Origin: Nephila pilipes
Taxonomy: Eukaryota
DNA length: 48,876 nt
Assembly: GCA_019974015.1 (NCBI GenBank)
Contig: BMAW01057368.1
Span: forward strand, 103,751 to 152,626
Direction: 5' to 3'
Below the pieces are notes generated by a model. That model saw only the letters and a list, made by a program, of their open reading frames with translations, was not told the origin of the DNA and searched no databases. Position 1 is the first letter of the stretch, and the number at the start of each line of letters is the position of its first letter. This document shows, piece by piece, positions 1 to 13,299 of the stretch. Made by a program: the position numbers and the translations under genes.

Positions 1-86
1 TTGTGCTTCGTTCATATATGATAATGGTTACTAAACAATTTTATATATTTATTTATTTAAATACTGAAAAATTACAGTTTACATAC

Positions 87-282
87 CACATGAACTATTT
101 CTCCAGGATACAAAGGAAAAGGGTCCTGCTCTAATCTCACTTCTAAGTCAGCATGTTTTAACTTGATTTGACCAACACTGTCATAAACTACAGCATTTTC
201 AGCATTTCTGAGCACAGGATTACGAATGATGCAATAATGATACGGAGGAATAATGATCATATCTTGAGGTTTATAAATAACC
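87..282 (-). CDS. MVP: MVP exon in inverted orientation, MVP repeat 1-2 region. Translates G|[65 protein letters not shown].
   Basis: Minus-strand ORF 72..317 aligns to human MVP ...[66 protein letters not shown]. The acceptor is tttgtag|G (AG at 284-283) and the donor is GTATGT at 86-81. It ends in phase 0, which would join the phase-0 + strand exon at 2801 (VVTPL...) exactly, but it is on the opposite strand. Confidence 0.8.
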
Positions 283-682
283 CTACAAATAAATTTACAA
301 AAATTTAATGCAAACATCTCTATAAATAATAAATTTTAAAATATTTTATTCAGCGAAATAATATACAAAGGACAGGAACACAAAGTCAGATAGCTCAACA
401 TAGTTTGGGTTTATAAAAATGCAATAAAAGTTTAAAAGTACAGTAATACAGAGAAAACCAATTTATTTATATGCTTATAAATGCATGTGTTTTGAAACTC
501 AATTGAGTGCTCAGAGTTGTAAATAAAATAAAACATTAAATTATTTTTTCAAGAAAACTCACATTCTTTAACATGAAAATTTTACATTAATTTTTAATAT
601 GAAGGAAAAGATTTTATTGCAGCAATATTTAAGACTACCTTAAAGTTTAATCCATCAGAAATCAATACTTCACTATCCATTC

Positions 683-690
<8 letters not shown>

Positions 691-728
<38 letters not shown>
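691..728. repeat. (AT)n microsatellite
   Basis: Uninterrupted atatat... run. Confidence 0.95.
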
Positions 729-730
<2 letters not shown>

Positions 731-2800
731 TAAAACCATACATGCTATCATATACAATAATAACACACACATACAGCCAGAACATAATCATGCATGCACC
801 ATCATAGTATATGAGATGGTGTCTGCTGCTACACAGCAGCCGAGCTTTCAATGCAGATTAGATGGTTGGAATCTGAAAGCATTTTTTTCCATTTTTTAAA
901 CAAACTACAAAACGACTTTACTCCAACCTCGATAACTCAGCTGTTTCTGGTCCGATCGACTTAAAATTTTGACACGTTTCAAGCAAAGGTTAGTACTCTA
1001 GAAAGACCTGGTTACTGGTTTACTACGAGCGCCATCTCTGGGTTAGTCTCGGGAGTTATTGGTTGATGTGTTATATATATATAATTTATCAATTGAAGAG
1101 TAAAAGTATTATTTTTAAAAATTAACACTCTTAATTTGGCATGTGTAAAAACTATCTAGAAATTTTGATTTGTATCACTGTAAAAGTTATTTTTGATTCA
1201 TTTTTGCTATTCAAATTTATTTTTCAAATGTTATTTAAAATTCTCTAATAAAAGAGGACTATTGCAGAAACTAACCAAATTATATTTTTTAAAAAAAATG
1301 TTTGATCTTTCTGAAAAAAAGTATTTTATAATCAATTGCTTTGTATTTAATTATATTGTGTATTAAATTTTATGAAAATTATAAAAAGCTGTGCTGAAGT
1401 TTTTATTTATATGCATTCTGATTTATGAAAATTTTCAAGTAACAATTATTGACAATTTTCTTGATATTAAAGAAGCTCTTACATTTTTCTCGGAAATGTA
1501 TTTGAAATTTTTTCTTCTCATATTTGAAAATATTAGGAATACTGTTTCTTTTTCAAGGATGGCTTAAAAAGTGCCTATGCTAGAAATGAGATAACTTGCT
1601 ATAGTATTGTCCATTATTATTTTCAAGTTTTATTAGAAGTCCATGGGTACAACAGCTTTTAAATCCCGAAAAATTGTTTAACTTTTCCGACCAATGAAAC
1701 CATCTTTATTTCCCTTGAGTGCAAGCCTTTGTTTCAATTTTTACTTTGTTTTGGTTTGTAAGGATGAATTCGGGTCTCATTGACAATGACAATTCTATGC
1801 AAAATGACAACAATGGAAGCTATCAAAATTAATGAACAAATCTGTCAAATTTATTTTGGCTCTGTGTAACGGAGGGGCGAGCTTATAATGATAAAACTAA
1901 CTTGTTTTAACGACCCTATCTGTCAGCAAAAACTGGAACTTTTTGTACAAACCTTGTATATACTGTATCCTCATAATATACTTATCAGGAAATTTTGAAC
2001 TGTTTAGTATATAATCATTAGAATCTTTTATGTATTTTAATTTTTTCTCAGTCAGCTATAAAATAGATTTTTGGAAGTGTCTTTCCTTTTTAATTTGCCA
2101 AAAAATGTTTTCTTTGTTTTATAAAACTTTTCAAAATAACAATTTGTTTAAAGTTTTTTCTCTTCATTAAAATTTCTTCCCATTTTACTTTTCTTCCTCC
2201 TATTGGAAATGTATAGAATTAAATTATGCTTAAAATAAAATTTTAAAAATTACTTAGCAAAATACCTTTTTTTTTTTCAAATACTTAAAAATATATTTGA
2301 ATAAATTTTAGTTTTTAATCTTATAAATGTATATTATATATGATCTTGAACAACTAAAATATGATCAAAATTTACGGGTGCTTGTTATACGCTGGATGTA
2401 AAAGCGATAGATTTGAAAATAAGGAAAAGATGAGTGTAAAAATTTAGATTTCTATATGTATCTAAATGCTGTAATGATGTAATTTGAAATTGCGTGTGTG
2501 CATATCATACACCATGATATATAGTATAAGATTTCTAAAAATGCTTGATTTTTCTGATGAGTTCGGAGTATTAAATACTGAAATATTTGTTTTTATTAAG
2601 TACTATAATCATTAAAAATATTAAATATTTCTTTAAAAGAATTAAATATACTGAAAATATGTAAAAAGATCTCTAGATGTGTTGTTTTAAATTTTTAAAG
2701 ATGTAAGACTTTGGCTAATTTGAAAATTTATTTGCTCATGAATATACGAATTTGTTTTATCTGAATATTGTTTAAGTTCTAAAATTTAATATCATTCCAG

Positions 2801-2921
2801 GTAGTGACTCCATTAACAGTAGTGCCGTCAAATACTGCCTTGAGACTTAAAGCAATTCGAGATTTTGAAGATGATGCTATTAAGAGAATTGCGGGTGATG
2901 AATGGTTGTTTGAAGGACCAG
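2801..2921 (+). CDS. MVP: MVP exon [41 protein letters not shown]
   Basis: Acceptor AG at 2799-2800 and donor GTATAC at 2922. Matches human [45 protein letters not shown]. Confidence 0.85.
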
Positions 2922-3691
2922 GTATACTAAATTAAATAGCTATTAATTCTTTATCAAAGAAGAATAAGTTGTTTGCTCCATTCAAGAATGTGACATATAT
3001 TATTGCACTGGTTAATAAATTTTCATTTTCTCTTTCAGTGTATATATATGTGTGAGTATAAAGGCATCCTGTGTGTTATGCTAATTTTAAAACAAAAAAC
3101 TTCAATGGTATTGAATTCTTTTTTTTTTTAAGTGTAAAAACTAAAATAGTAATACCTTATAATATAATGCCAAATAATCCCAGTAAATATTTCTACTCGA
3201 TTGTGATTAATTTCCATTAACTTGTATTGGATAATTTTTCTGTTTATAAAAATAATCTGAAAATCAATCTGTAAAAATTATGGAAACTAATTTTAGATTA
3301 TTCATTAGAAATATGTTTTTGTTATGATTGTTGTTATACAGTGTTAATATTTATAATTTAAAAATATTTTTGACCGTGCTAATATATTCATTCTGTTTTG
3401 CTTAAATCATTATTTGCTTCATAAGCAAAATTAATGATTAAAGTAACCTATTACAATTTTTTGAATCAAATAATTGAGGACTTTACTTTCCTTTTATACT
3501 ATTTTAACTGTTAATATGCATGCCATGAAATTCTTTAAGTAATATGGTCTTTGAATCTTAGAAGACAATGGAATTTATGTGAGAAATAATAAATAAAACA
3601 TGATATTACTGATTCTTAATTCTTGTTTTAAAATTGTTTTTTAATTAACAGTACAGATTTCTTAAACTTAAAAGAACTGTTTCCATTGCAG

Positions 3692-3918
3692 GTACTTTTA
3701 TTCCACGAAAAGAAGTAGAAGTATTAGAAACTATTTCAGCTATTGTGATTAATCCAAATCAAGCCCTTAAACTAAGAGCTACTGCTGAAACTGTAGATAG
3801 AGATGGAAAAGAAAGAGTAACTGGAGAAGAATGGATAGTGAAGAAAACAGGAGCTTATTTACCTGGAGCTTATGAAGAAATAGTTGATGTAGTTAATGCC
3901 TATGTTTTAACGGATAAA
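3692..3918 (+). CDS. MVP: MVP exon (G)[75 protein letters not shown]
   Basis: Acceptor AG at 3690-3691 and donor GTAAGT at 3919. Near-identical motif order to human [52 protein letters not shown]...ILTEK. In frame with ORF 3745..3951. Confidence 0.9.
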
Positions 3919-5949
3919 GTAAGTTTTATGGAGATTTTTATTTTCTTTTAATATTTTGTATTGAAATTTTGCTGAAAATGTATAGTATGACAAATCAAGC
4001 ATCAGAATGTATACAAGTATGTAATTTATTTTAAAATACTTCAAGCTGTAATAAATATCTTATATATGCATAACATACTAATGGAAACTATTTTTCTGGT
4101 TGATAAAATTCCAGTTTTACTATAAATTTATAGTTTTTCACTAAATAACACTAGAAAGATAAGAGCGGTCATTTTGACTGAAAACAAATTTTAAACATTC
4201 ATTTAAATGGCATTTATTCTTTTTTATTCATTGAGTTTTCCCAATTATCCATAAAGAAAAGGTAGGAAAAAAATTACTTTTGTTCATTAATACAAATTTA
4301 AGAAGTGTTTATATCTAAAAAAGCTGACTGCAGTCATTTTGACTGCTGAACAAACACATTTTATGTTGCATTTTCTATTGTATATTTTGTTATGTGAATC
4401 GTTTGTCCTTTAGTTCACAGGAATGTGATAAACAACCAAAAGACATTAAGGAAAGGGCAAGGGGGAAAATACCTGCTAGTCACATGCAATTCATTTTGCT
4501 GTTATTTTAATATGTTTTGATGAAAAGAGTATACAAGTTTGTGAGAATTGAAGAACAGTGATTCTGGAATTGCTGGTGACGAGCAATTCTATGTGTGTCT
4601 GAATGTTATCTATAATTACTTAATTCAAATTAAAAATTCATTTCTTTTGATGTTTTTGACTTGTTCAGACATACATTTTCTGTCGTAATGTCATGGAAAA
4701 AGAAATTTTTCAACTGTTACAAAATATACCTGTTTCGGATAAAAAATTGAATTTATCTAACGAAGAATATATTCCCGAAAATGAAAGTGAAACAGCTTTA
4801 ACCAATGAAGGTGCTCTTTTTACACAACCTGCACAAAATGATGACTCCTCTGAATTTGAAAATGAAGAATTTTTATTTATTAACTCTGATTCTCAACAAG
4901 CAAGCACTTCCCAAAGAAGAAATCAAAGACTCACATTAAGAGGTCAAAAGCAATGTAGATTTCTTAAAAAAAGTGATGTACTAGTATCTCTCTCAAAATG
5001 AGCATGGTATAGAAGTAATTAAAAATGAGACAGAGTAAAGTACAGTTTCTTCATATTCTCTTTCTGTTGGAAGATGGCAGGCAGCATAATGTATTGAGAG
5101 AATTTCCTGGGCTGAGTTCATTTGCCATTAAGCATGTAACTGTTGGAAACTTACTAGTGCCAGGAGACTCTTTATAAATGAAAAGATTCTTTATTTCATA
5201 CAAAAGTGCACTGAAGCGGAAGCTCAGCGTCATTTACAGAGTCTGCACTGTTGCATATTTTTAAAAGAATTTGATGCTTTTTATTTCCTTATTTTATGTC
5301 CACTGAGCTTTCATTTGGAAAGGAATTTCCATTAGCAGTCAAGACTTGAGGCCTTAACTTTTTTTCATGAAGCAATGTCTCTTGATAGATTCCAGATTAT
5401 TGTGATGCATAGGAAAATACTTACCCTTACATATTTTAATAATAAAAAAATATATTTGCTACTCATCTAATTTTTTCGAAGAGTATTTCTTGTCCAGCTG
5501 TTTTTAAATGAATGTTAGAGGTCCATTGAGGCAGACACAATGCAAATCTCAGAGCTTTGGTTTGAATTGTGTTGAAAGGTTTTAGTTGATGATCCAACCA
5601 TTTATTCATGATGAGAAAGATATATATATATATAAAAAAAGCTGCTGCAAATGCTATTGTTGATTAATTGAAAAAGATTTTCATCTCTCAGAACCATGAT
5701 GGTTGTATGTCATTTCTTTCAAAGGCATTAATCTTTTTCAGAACTTTATTTTCCATTTAATTCAGGATTGTGGTATTTGGGTTTTGTATGGAGAAATGCA
5801 CTTCTAAATATTTGGTTTGCCATGGATGAGGGTAACCAGCTAACATTACATTAGGAAATGTTTGAACTCTTTAGTTTGAAAATTTTGCTATTGTACTCTT
5901 GTTGGGGCTTAAGTTTTATCTCCAGTATTTGCACCACTGATTAATTAAA

Positions 5950-6330
5950 AAATACCTTTCAAAGGCATTTTGTAATTTACGATAAATGATATCAAATGAT
6001 TGATGAGAACCATTAATAAAAATATCTTCGTAAATTAAGCAATCTACTCCAGATACCAGTTTTTCAAAAAAGTCATACATATAGATGGTACATAAAATTG
6101 GGAATAAAACACTGTCCTGAAGGAGTCCCTTAAAAAGAATTTTTTTTGATGAAAGAACGCTTCTCCATCAAATTTGAAAACATCTATAAGAGAGAAATTC
6201 ATGAATCCAAAGTGCTATTTTTCCTATAATACCAATTTGTAGACATTTTTTAAGGATGTCATCTATATATGCAGAACCATAAACACTTTATATCTAGGCT
6301 AATTCCCATGAAGTATTTTTTTGTCAACTT
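5950..6330 (-). mobile_element. Degenerate non-LTR (jockey/CR1-like) LINE reverse-transcriptase fragment, RT motifs A-C with stops
   Basis: Minus-strand translation gives ...YIDDILKKCLQIGIIGKIALWIHEFLSYRCFQI*WRSVLSSKKILFKGLLQDSVLFPILCTIYMYDFF...LIYEDIFI. This matches LINE RT motif A (AFDxV...WIxxYLxNRxQ), motif B (GxPQGSVLSPxLF) and a degenerate YADD. The translation was done by hand. Confidence 0.45.
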
Positions 6331-8639
6331 TGCATCCACTATTGCTTTTTGAATGAGAAGTTGTTGTTCTGCTGTCCATAATCCATAATGATGAGGATAA
6401 AGTTTTTGTTGCATTGTCAAAAAGTGAGTTATGCAACTGGTTAAAATTCTTTTGTATGTTTTGGAGAAAACTGTGAAGTCAAAGCTGTGATTCTATAAGG
6501 TATGATTTTTGCTTTGTCTTTGCATGGTTTTTGGAATTGTAAGAATGTCATGTTTCCATTAGTGTGAGACTATTGATTTATTAAATAGTTGTTGAAAAAT
6601 TCAGAACAACAATTTTTTCACTGTGATTTAATCATTTTAGGAAATTAGTAGAGATCTGGTCTGTGCCTGGAGTTGTATTTCTGGAAGATTTTATAACTAT
6701 TTAATTCAGAGTTGTTAAACAGTTTATTAAGTAAATTGTTATTTTCGTGAAAAATACAAAGGAATTGGCTGGTGGAAAGTATTATGTGAAGTATTATTAG
6801 ATGCAAAAAAGTTGGTTTGGATTTGTGGATGAGTAACAAATCTGTTGTTATATGAACTTGAAGTATACTTATAGTTGATTCAGGATTCATCTGATTCAAA
6901 AAAATTTCTGTGTTTTTTTGAAAGATTCTGTGATTAGTAAAATTGTTACAGATTTTATCCCAGTACATTTTTTTTACATTTTTATTAGAAATTCCAGTCT
7001 ACTAGTATGTTACTTGCATTGAATCCAGAGAGATACATGAATGGCCTTTTTCTGAAACATTTCTTGAGTTTGTTGAAATTATTGCATGCACTGTTCCCCC
7101 AAAGTCGATAATATCTAATGGAAATTCTAGTTTATCTAGTGTTACTTAAAATTATACCGGCAGCAGAGAGAGATTGACATTCTTTTCTTCCGTGTTGCAT
7201 TGTGTAGGTTTTACTTGCTTCATTACTGATCAGCAAACAATTCTTTTTACATTTCGCTGATGAGAGCATTGAAATTTGAATTCTGTGATGATTGGTCTGT
7301 GATCACTATTGAAAGAGCTGTCTATGACATAAGTGTTTGTACATCCACTAGATTGGCAGAGCAAAGGGTAAGATCAATGAGAGCAGCAGCATCTATAGCA
7401 CTTCTGTATGTTGGAACCATAGTATTAAGGAGAATGAAGTAGTGCTAGTTAACCATTCCATAAAATCAGTATATTGTGATATGTGATTGGAGCCCCGCTT
7501 TGGATGATGGAGGTTAAAATACCCACTCAAAAATGAATATTGTGTTGGTTAAAGATTCTAAACAAGGCTTTATTAATAATATGTTAAGTCTCTGAGAAGC
7601 ATATAAATTTCTGATATAAAAAGAAAAATTATTTTTATTTGGACAGCTAAAATTTTGAAGTCTGGCGATTGTGTTAATGGTATAGGGATATGTCAAGCAG
7701 AGATTTTCATCAGTAGCAATCCTCCTCCTCCTTGTTGGATCTTGTCGGAAAGTATTTCCTGAAAAATATAATCTATCATCTGGCTTTAGAAAAGTTTGTC
7801 AAAAAATCCAAATATCTGTTTGTGTAAAGGGAAGGATGTGAAACTGTATTGATTTGTTTTTTATGCTTCTATAATTCCATCGTAGAACCACCCATGCGGT
7901 GACCGGGTGTGAAAGAATAGCCCCACTGTAGCTCATGTATGTCGTAAGAGGTGACTAAAATGGGCACCCAGTGTCTGGGGGTATAGCTGGGCACTTGGTC
8001 CCTGGGGATTATATCAGGGGACCTCAAGGACTTGCCTTCTATAGGTAGGTAATGGCATCATGACCCCAAGGCACTCTAATGATCGTTCTTTCCCATGGGG
8101 TTTACTGTCTTTGGTAAACATGGGTGAGGCACCCCTGGGATACCCTAGCGATCCTTCTCTATTTTCAAACCTTGTTCTTGACAACCAGTATTTTATCATT
8201 TCTATTTTCACACATCTAGATCATTTTTATACTTTACTAGCTTTGCTCTCACTCGCCTACTTTTTTGACGCAGCATGGCCTTAACTGGCTTTTGTGCCTT
8301 TACAATTACTATCACTCACTCATTCCAATGTCTCAATAACAATTACACCTTATTTGACTCAGCAGGGCTACATCTGACTCTTGCACCATAAAGCTTCTCC
8401 ATCATCACTCCATTGTAGAAAAAACATAAATGTAAGAAAAAAGTTGCTAAAATATCTAAACCTATATTGCTAAGCTGTGAAAGCAGTTTCCATCATTTTT
8501 TGAACTGTTTCCAAGAAAGCAATGGAAATTGGATACTATGTTGTCCAATCTTTTTTCCAAATCTTTCATGTTGGGACTTGAGGGAGTTGTCTTCAATATT
8601 TTTGAATAACTCTTCGAAAGATTTACACAGAATTTATCA

Positions 8640-8800
8640 TGTCTCGCCCTGAGGTAAATTATGAGTGAATTTAAATTCCAAGAACATTTTTTCTTTAATG
8701 AAAGAACAAAACTGTGAATTAACAGGATGATTCCCTTTACAATTAATGCAGGCATTCATACACTGCCCTGTGTGAGAAACTCCACTATTAATACAAATTG
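8640..8800 (-). mobile_element. Possible CCHC zinc-knuckle (gag/ORF1-like) remnant
   Basis: Minus-strand translation contains CINSGVSHTGQCMNACINCKGNHPVNSQFC, which fits a CX2CX4HX4C-like spacing. It lies upstream, in minus sense, of the RT fragment at 5950-6330. Weak. Confidence 0.2.
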
Positions 8801-11208
8801 CAGATTTTTGGCAAAATCGAGATAGATGAAAAAAACTGAAACATTTATTGCATTGACAGGGTTTGTCTGAAATTTTGAATACAATGGTTGATAAATCAAA
8901 AGTTAAATATATTCTGGTAGACTCATACCAAGAATTTTAATAAAAACAGGATAAACCTTTTGATTGCTGCTGAATTTTATGAATAGATACATTTCAATTA
9001 TCTCATTATTGTTAGTTATCTGTAATTCAGATGCCAAATCTACCATAGGTAAATTTGTTAGTATTGCATGAAGAAATTGGATACGATTCCTTTCCATATA
9101 ATATTGGCTGTTACTAGTGCATTCAAAACTTATTTAAAATGTTTACACATAGAGGATACAATAATTTAGAGATGCTTGATTACTGTTTAACTACATGCAT
9201 TTATTTTTTAGATGGTTTATAATATTTATAATATTAGAATAAAATATTTGGGCCTTTATATTTAATTTGTTGGAATCAAACAATGTAATGATGCATAATG
9301 ATTATGATAAAAAAATCTGTTTTGAAGTGCAAAGTAAATTTAATCTAAATTTAAAGATGTAATAATTGTTAACAGTTTAAAAATGTATTATTTTAGAGCA
9401 GAAAACATTTTTAAATTTGTTTACCAGTGTACAGAAGCAAGTACAGAGAGTCTTAGATGAGTGAACTACTCAACTACACAAATAAATGAGAATAAGATAA
9501 AAGATATATGGTACAATTTTTTAAATATTTTTATAAAAATACTGTTGAAGTATAATTTGACCTACTTAGATGTTGAGAATTCCCAAATTAAGGGCACATG
9601 TGAAATTGTTTGTGTAGATATCATGGGATTTTGACTAAGAATTGAGTAATAATTAGGATATTGAAATATTTAATCTTATTATGTATAACAGAAATTTTCT
9701 GTGAATGGGGACTCAAATAAGATAAACTGTTTTGTTTTTTCAGTATCTTATGCTATGTGATTAGGTGTAAAGGTTTCCTTCAATGCCACGGAATATTACT
9801 GAAATAATTCAAAATTTCTCTGACAGTTTTTTTCATCAATTTTCTGTATTGAGTACATTTTGTATCTTATCAGTTCATGTATAGAAATTGTTGGATTTAA
9901 CACTATAGCTAAAAGTTTGAAATTGATTTCTTTTATTAGATTAGTAATTTATAAAATAAAAAATTGCTTTATGGAATGATGTTCGAAACATAAATTACAC
10001 TGAATGACTTGTACATTCTATGGTCAAATATTTCACTTGTTTATTTAGACATTGTAAAGGTATTGTCATATTAAAATGAAGCCAATATGTATTATTAATA
10101 TTGGTAAATATAAGGGTACATAGAGGATTTTTTTTTCTTCAAATTATATGTAAGTAATGTAATTAACTGCTACAACATTTTCTAGTTTTGACATTTTTGA
10201 AATTACTAAGAAATGACCAGAAAAATTATTTTCATCCATTTCTAAAAATATTTTGAGCAGAAATTGATTAGATAATAATCATACTAGACGGTAAAAAAAG
10301 GAGAGAATCCTTTATAATATATGTCCTGAAAGTGCATTTAAATTGAATTCCGTGGCTATTGCAGTCTTAAATTTTTATCAAACTTCTTGATATTATCTTA
10401 GAATGGAGGAATCTCTATTCTAATGCCTTTTAATACAAATTGCACTTGTTTAAAAAGAGAAAATTAAATTATTTTTATTTTACAAATTCTCGCCATTCCT
10501 AGTAAAATGTTTCACATGGAGCTTGTGCACAGTCAATATTTGAAACTACCAAACTGATAACATTAAAAATGTTTTTAATTTTTGCCCTGGTGGTTATAAC
10601 TTGAAAAAGTACCAATACTTGGGTCTTCCAAAGATGAAACTTTTCTTTCTGTATTATGGCAAAGGATTATTTTGAGCTTCCAGAACGAAAAAAAAGTTTC
10701 TTTTGATCCTTCCATTGATGAAAATTATTATTAATTTGTCTTGTTCATCTTTTTTTAAAAATAATTTACTATACAAAAATCTTTTTGATAAATCTAGCAA
10801 CAAATATTTTACTTGCTTTTTCTTTATAAATTTATTGCTTGATTTAATTTTTTATGAGGGTATAAATATAAATAGTTAAATGTTTGCAAATATAAGGAAT
10901 TTTCAAGGGTTACAAATCACTCGGATTATATCTTGTTACCTATAGCTCTTTTAACCTGTTAGCATGTTTCTCCATTTTTAATTACGTCTTATATTGTTTC
11001 TTCAAAAAGAAAACTATGTGATAAAGGCGATTTCAATATTTTGTTAAATTGTGATAATTCAGTTTGCTATTTCCAATTAAATAAATATTTTTAATAAATA
11101 GGTTGTAAAAAATGCTAAAAAGCGGTCAATAACAGATGCATTAATTGATGTAAAATAAATCCCTTTAAATGCTACTGTTTCTAATACACACTTACACATT
11201 TTTTAAAG

Positions 11209-11445
11209 GAGGCTGTTCATGTCAAGGCAAAGAAGACTTTTGTAGATGAATTTGGAAAAACAAGAAAAAATGGAGAAGAATGGCTAATAACATTAGCAGA
11301 TACTGAAACTTACATTCCTGGTGTTTATGAAGATGTAGTAGGAATTGTAAAAATTACAACACTTTCTAATCGTCAATATTGTGTTATTCTGGATCCTTTA
11401 GGCACAGATGGTAAACCTCAGTTGGGAAGGAAAAAACTTTTGAAG
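11209..11445 (+). CDS. MVP: MVP exon [79 protein letters not shown]
   Basis: Acceptor AG at 11207-11208 and donor GTTTGT at 11446. Matches human [80 protein letters not shown]. Confidence 0.9.
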
Positions 11446-11653
11446 GTTTGTTATTAAAACATATCTGTATTTTAATTTGTTCTGTTTTACAAAACTTGTT
11501 AATTTTATAGTTTCATTAGATTTTAGCAGGATTTCAGCACTATAAATCTGTCTTCAATTAAATTTTCAAGGTTTTATTATATTTCATTATGAAATAATTT
11601 TGAATGAAAAGATCAGCCATTATTACATTAAAAGTTCTTTCAAAATTAAAAAT

Positions 11654-11685
11654 TATATCTAAATATATATATATATATATATATT
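11654..11685. repeat. (TA)n microsatellite
   Basis: tatatatata... run in an MVP intron. Confidence 0.9.
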
Positions 11686-12000
11686 TCATAGCATTTTTCT
11701 TAAATTTTTCTTTTTCTGAAAAGTGTCATTAAGATTTCTTTTTAGATTTTGTAAGTAATTTTTTAAAAAAATTGTAATTTATAGTGTTTTTATATTAAGA
11801 ATTAATTTTCAAAATAAATTTTGTGTGTGTAAGAGTTATATTTGTATTATAGTTCTATTACTATTTATTTTTTTAAAAAAAAAAATAGTGTTTTAAATAT
11901 TCGTCAGTGTCATGTAGTTTGTAAAGCTCCATATTTAGGAAATACTCAACATTATATATTTAAACTGTATTTCATGTTCTTTTACGAATATGTGCTAATA

Positions 12001-12046
12001 TTCTAATAAAGAGTGCTAATATTCTAATAGAGTGCTAATATTCAAA
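12001..12046. repeat. Short tandem repeat, unit about 20 bp agagtgctaatattctaata, roughly 2.5 copies
   Basis: ttctaataaagagtgctaatattctaatagagtgctaatattcaaataa. Confidence 0.7.
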
Positions 12047-12455
12047 TAATTTTTTGACTACATAAAATAGATATTACTTGTTCTAAGTTTAGAGAGTACT
12101 GAGTTCTAATTTATTCTATTTTTGGTATTTGTTCCTGGGCTAAATCATTGATAGTATTTTGTCTAGACATCTGTTTTCTTTATTTGCAACTCTCTCAAGT
12201 TACAAAATATCTTTCAGTCAAATGTTCAGCAATGCTGCCTGTCATGGCAACTAAGCACTCATGCCTGTTGTTAAAAAAAATTATATGTGTGCATACTGAT
12301 TTCCTTAATTTTTAATTCCTTTGTTATCATACCTTATATGTATATTAGTTGTAAATCAAGCACATTTCTATTTATTTTAAAATATAATTTGATGCAGTTT
12401 GTTTTTAATTTTTCATGTCATCAATAAACTGTATTTTTTAAATTTTTATTACTAG

Positions 12456-12587
12456 GGTGAAAAATCATTTTTCTTAAAACCTGGAGAAAAACTAGAAGCT
12501 GGTATTCAGGATGTTCATGTTTTAAGTGAAAATGAAGGTCTTATATTAAGAGCAAGGGAGGCATTTCTAGATAATAGTGAAACTCCT
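12456..12587 (+). CDS. MVP: MVP exon [44 protein letters not shown]
   Basis: Acceptor AG at 12454-12455 and donor GTAAGT at 12588. Matches human [44 protein letters not shown]. Confidence 0.9.
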
Positions 12588-13299
12588 GTAAGTGTATTCA
12601 TTTTTACTGTGTTGATGTGCTAAAAAAATTTATTTACATATTTTAAAATGTTGGAACTATTTCTATTTTTCAATAAGATTCCTTTGTAATTATTAATATA
12701 TTGACGTACTCTGAAGAAAACCAAAGCATGCTTTACACTAATACTTTTATCAAAAAATTTAAAATCTATATCAACTATTAATTTTCTTTAATGCTTTGAA
12801 AGGCTCAGTGTGAAAAATTTAAACTGTCAATGAAACTGCTTGAAAAATATTATATAGTAATAAGTAAAATGATAAAATGAGCTTTAAAAGAAATTAACAG
12901 CACACTCTTCTGGGTAATTCATTCTCAAGCATGTATCCTGGATGCACATCTATTATCTGTGCTATTTGTTAATGTTAGAAAGAAGTAAAAGATTTTTCCA
13001 CACCAAGTTTTAATGAAATTTCACTGGATTTTATACATGGGGGGGGGGACTGAATTTGTGATTGTGCCTTGTAATCAGTGAAGTACAGAGGGTTAAAGAA
13101 TTTTCAAACTTATGGGAATATTACATTTAATTTATTCAGTTATTAGGTTTGTTTTATAAAACAAATAACTAAAATAAGATTTTACAAAGAGTGCCAGTGA
13201 ATTGTTCGCTTCTGCTCAATTTAAATTTAAGAGTTTAAATGATCAATTAGAGAAAAAATCCAAAAAGATTATTTTAAATTTAAACAGAAAAAATGCAGA

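Noticed and set aside
72-317. Stand-alone 81-aa minus-strand ORF as an independent small gene
   Set aside because: Its conserved core is an internal MVP exon bounded by splice sites (acceptor at 284-283, donor at 86-81). The ORF's M start and its tail HVVCKL* are intron read-through.
6290-6310. YIDDIL as an LTR-retrotransposon YxDD catalytic motif
   Set aside because: It precedes the motif B-like GLLQDSVLFP block rather than following it. That places it in LINE RT motif A (AFDxV...), so the DD is coincidental. The fragment is called a LINE, not an LTR element.
8014-8284. Overlapping ORFs 8014..8211 (−) and 8060..8284 (+) as genes
   Set aside because: They are antisense-overlapping short ORFs inside a GC-richer insert with no recognisable motifs, most likely TE-derived noise.
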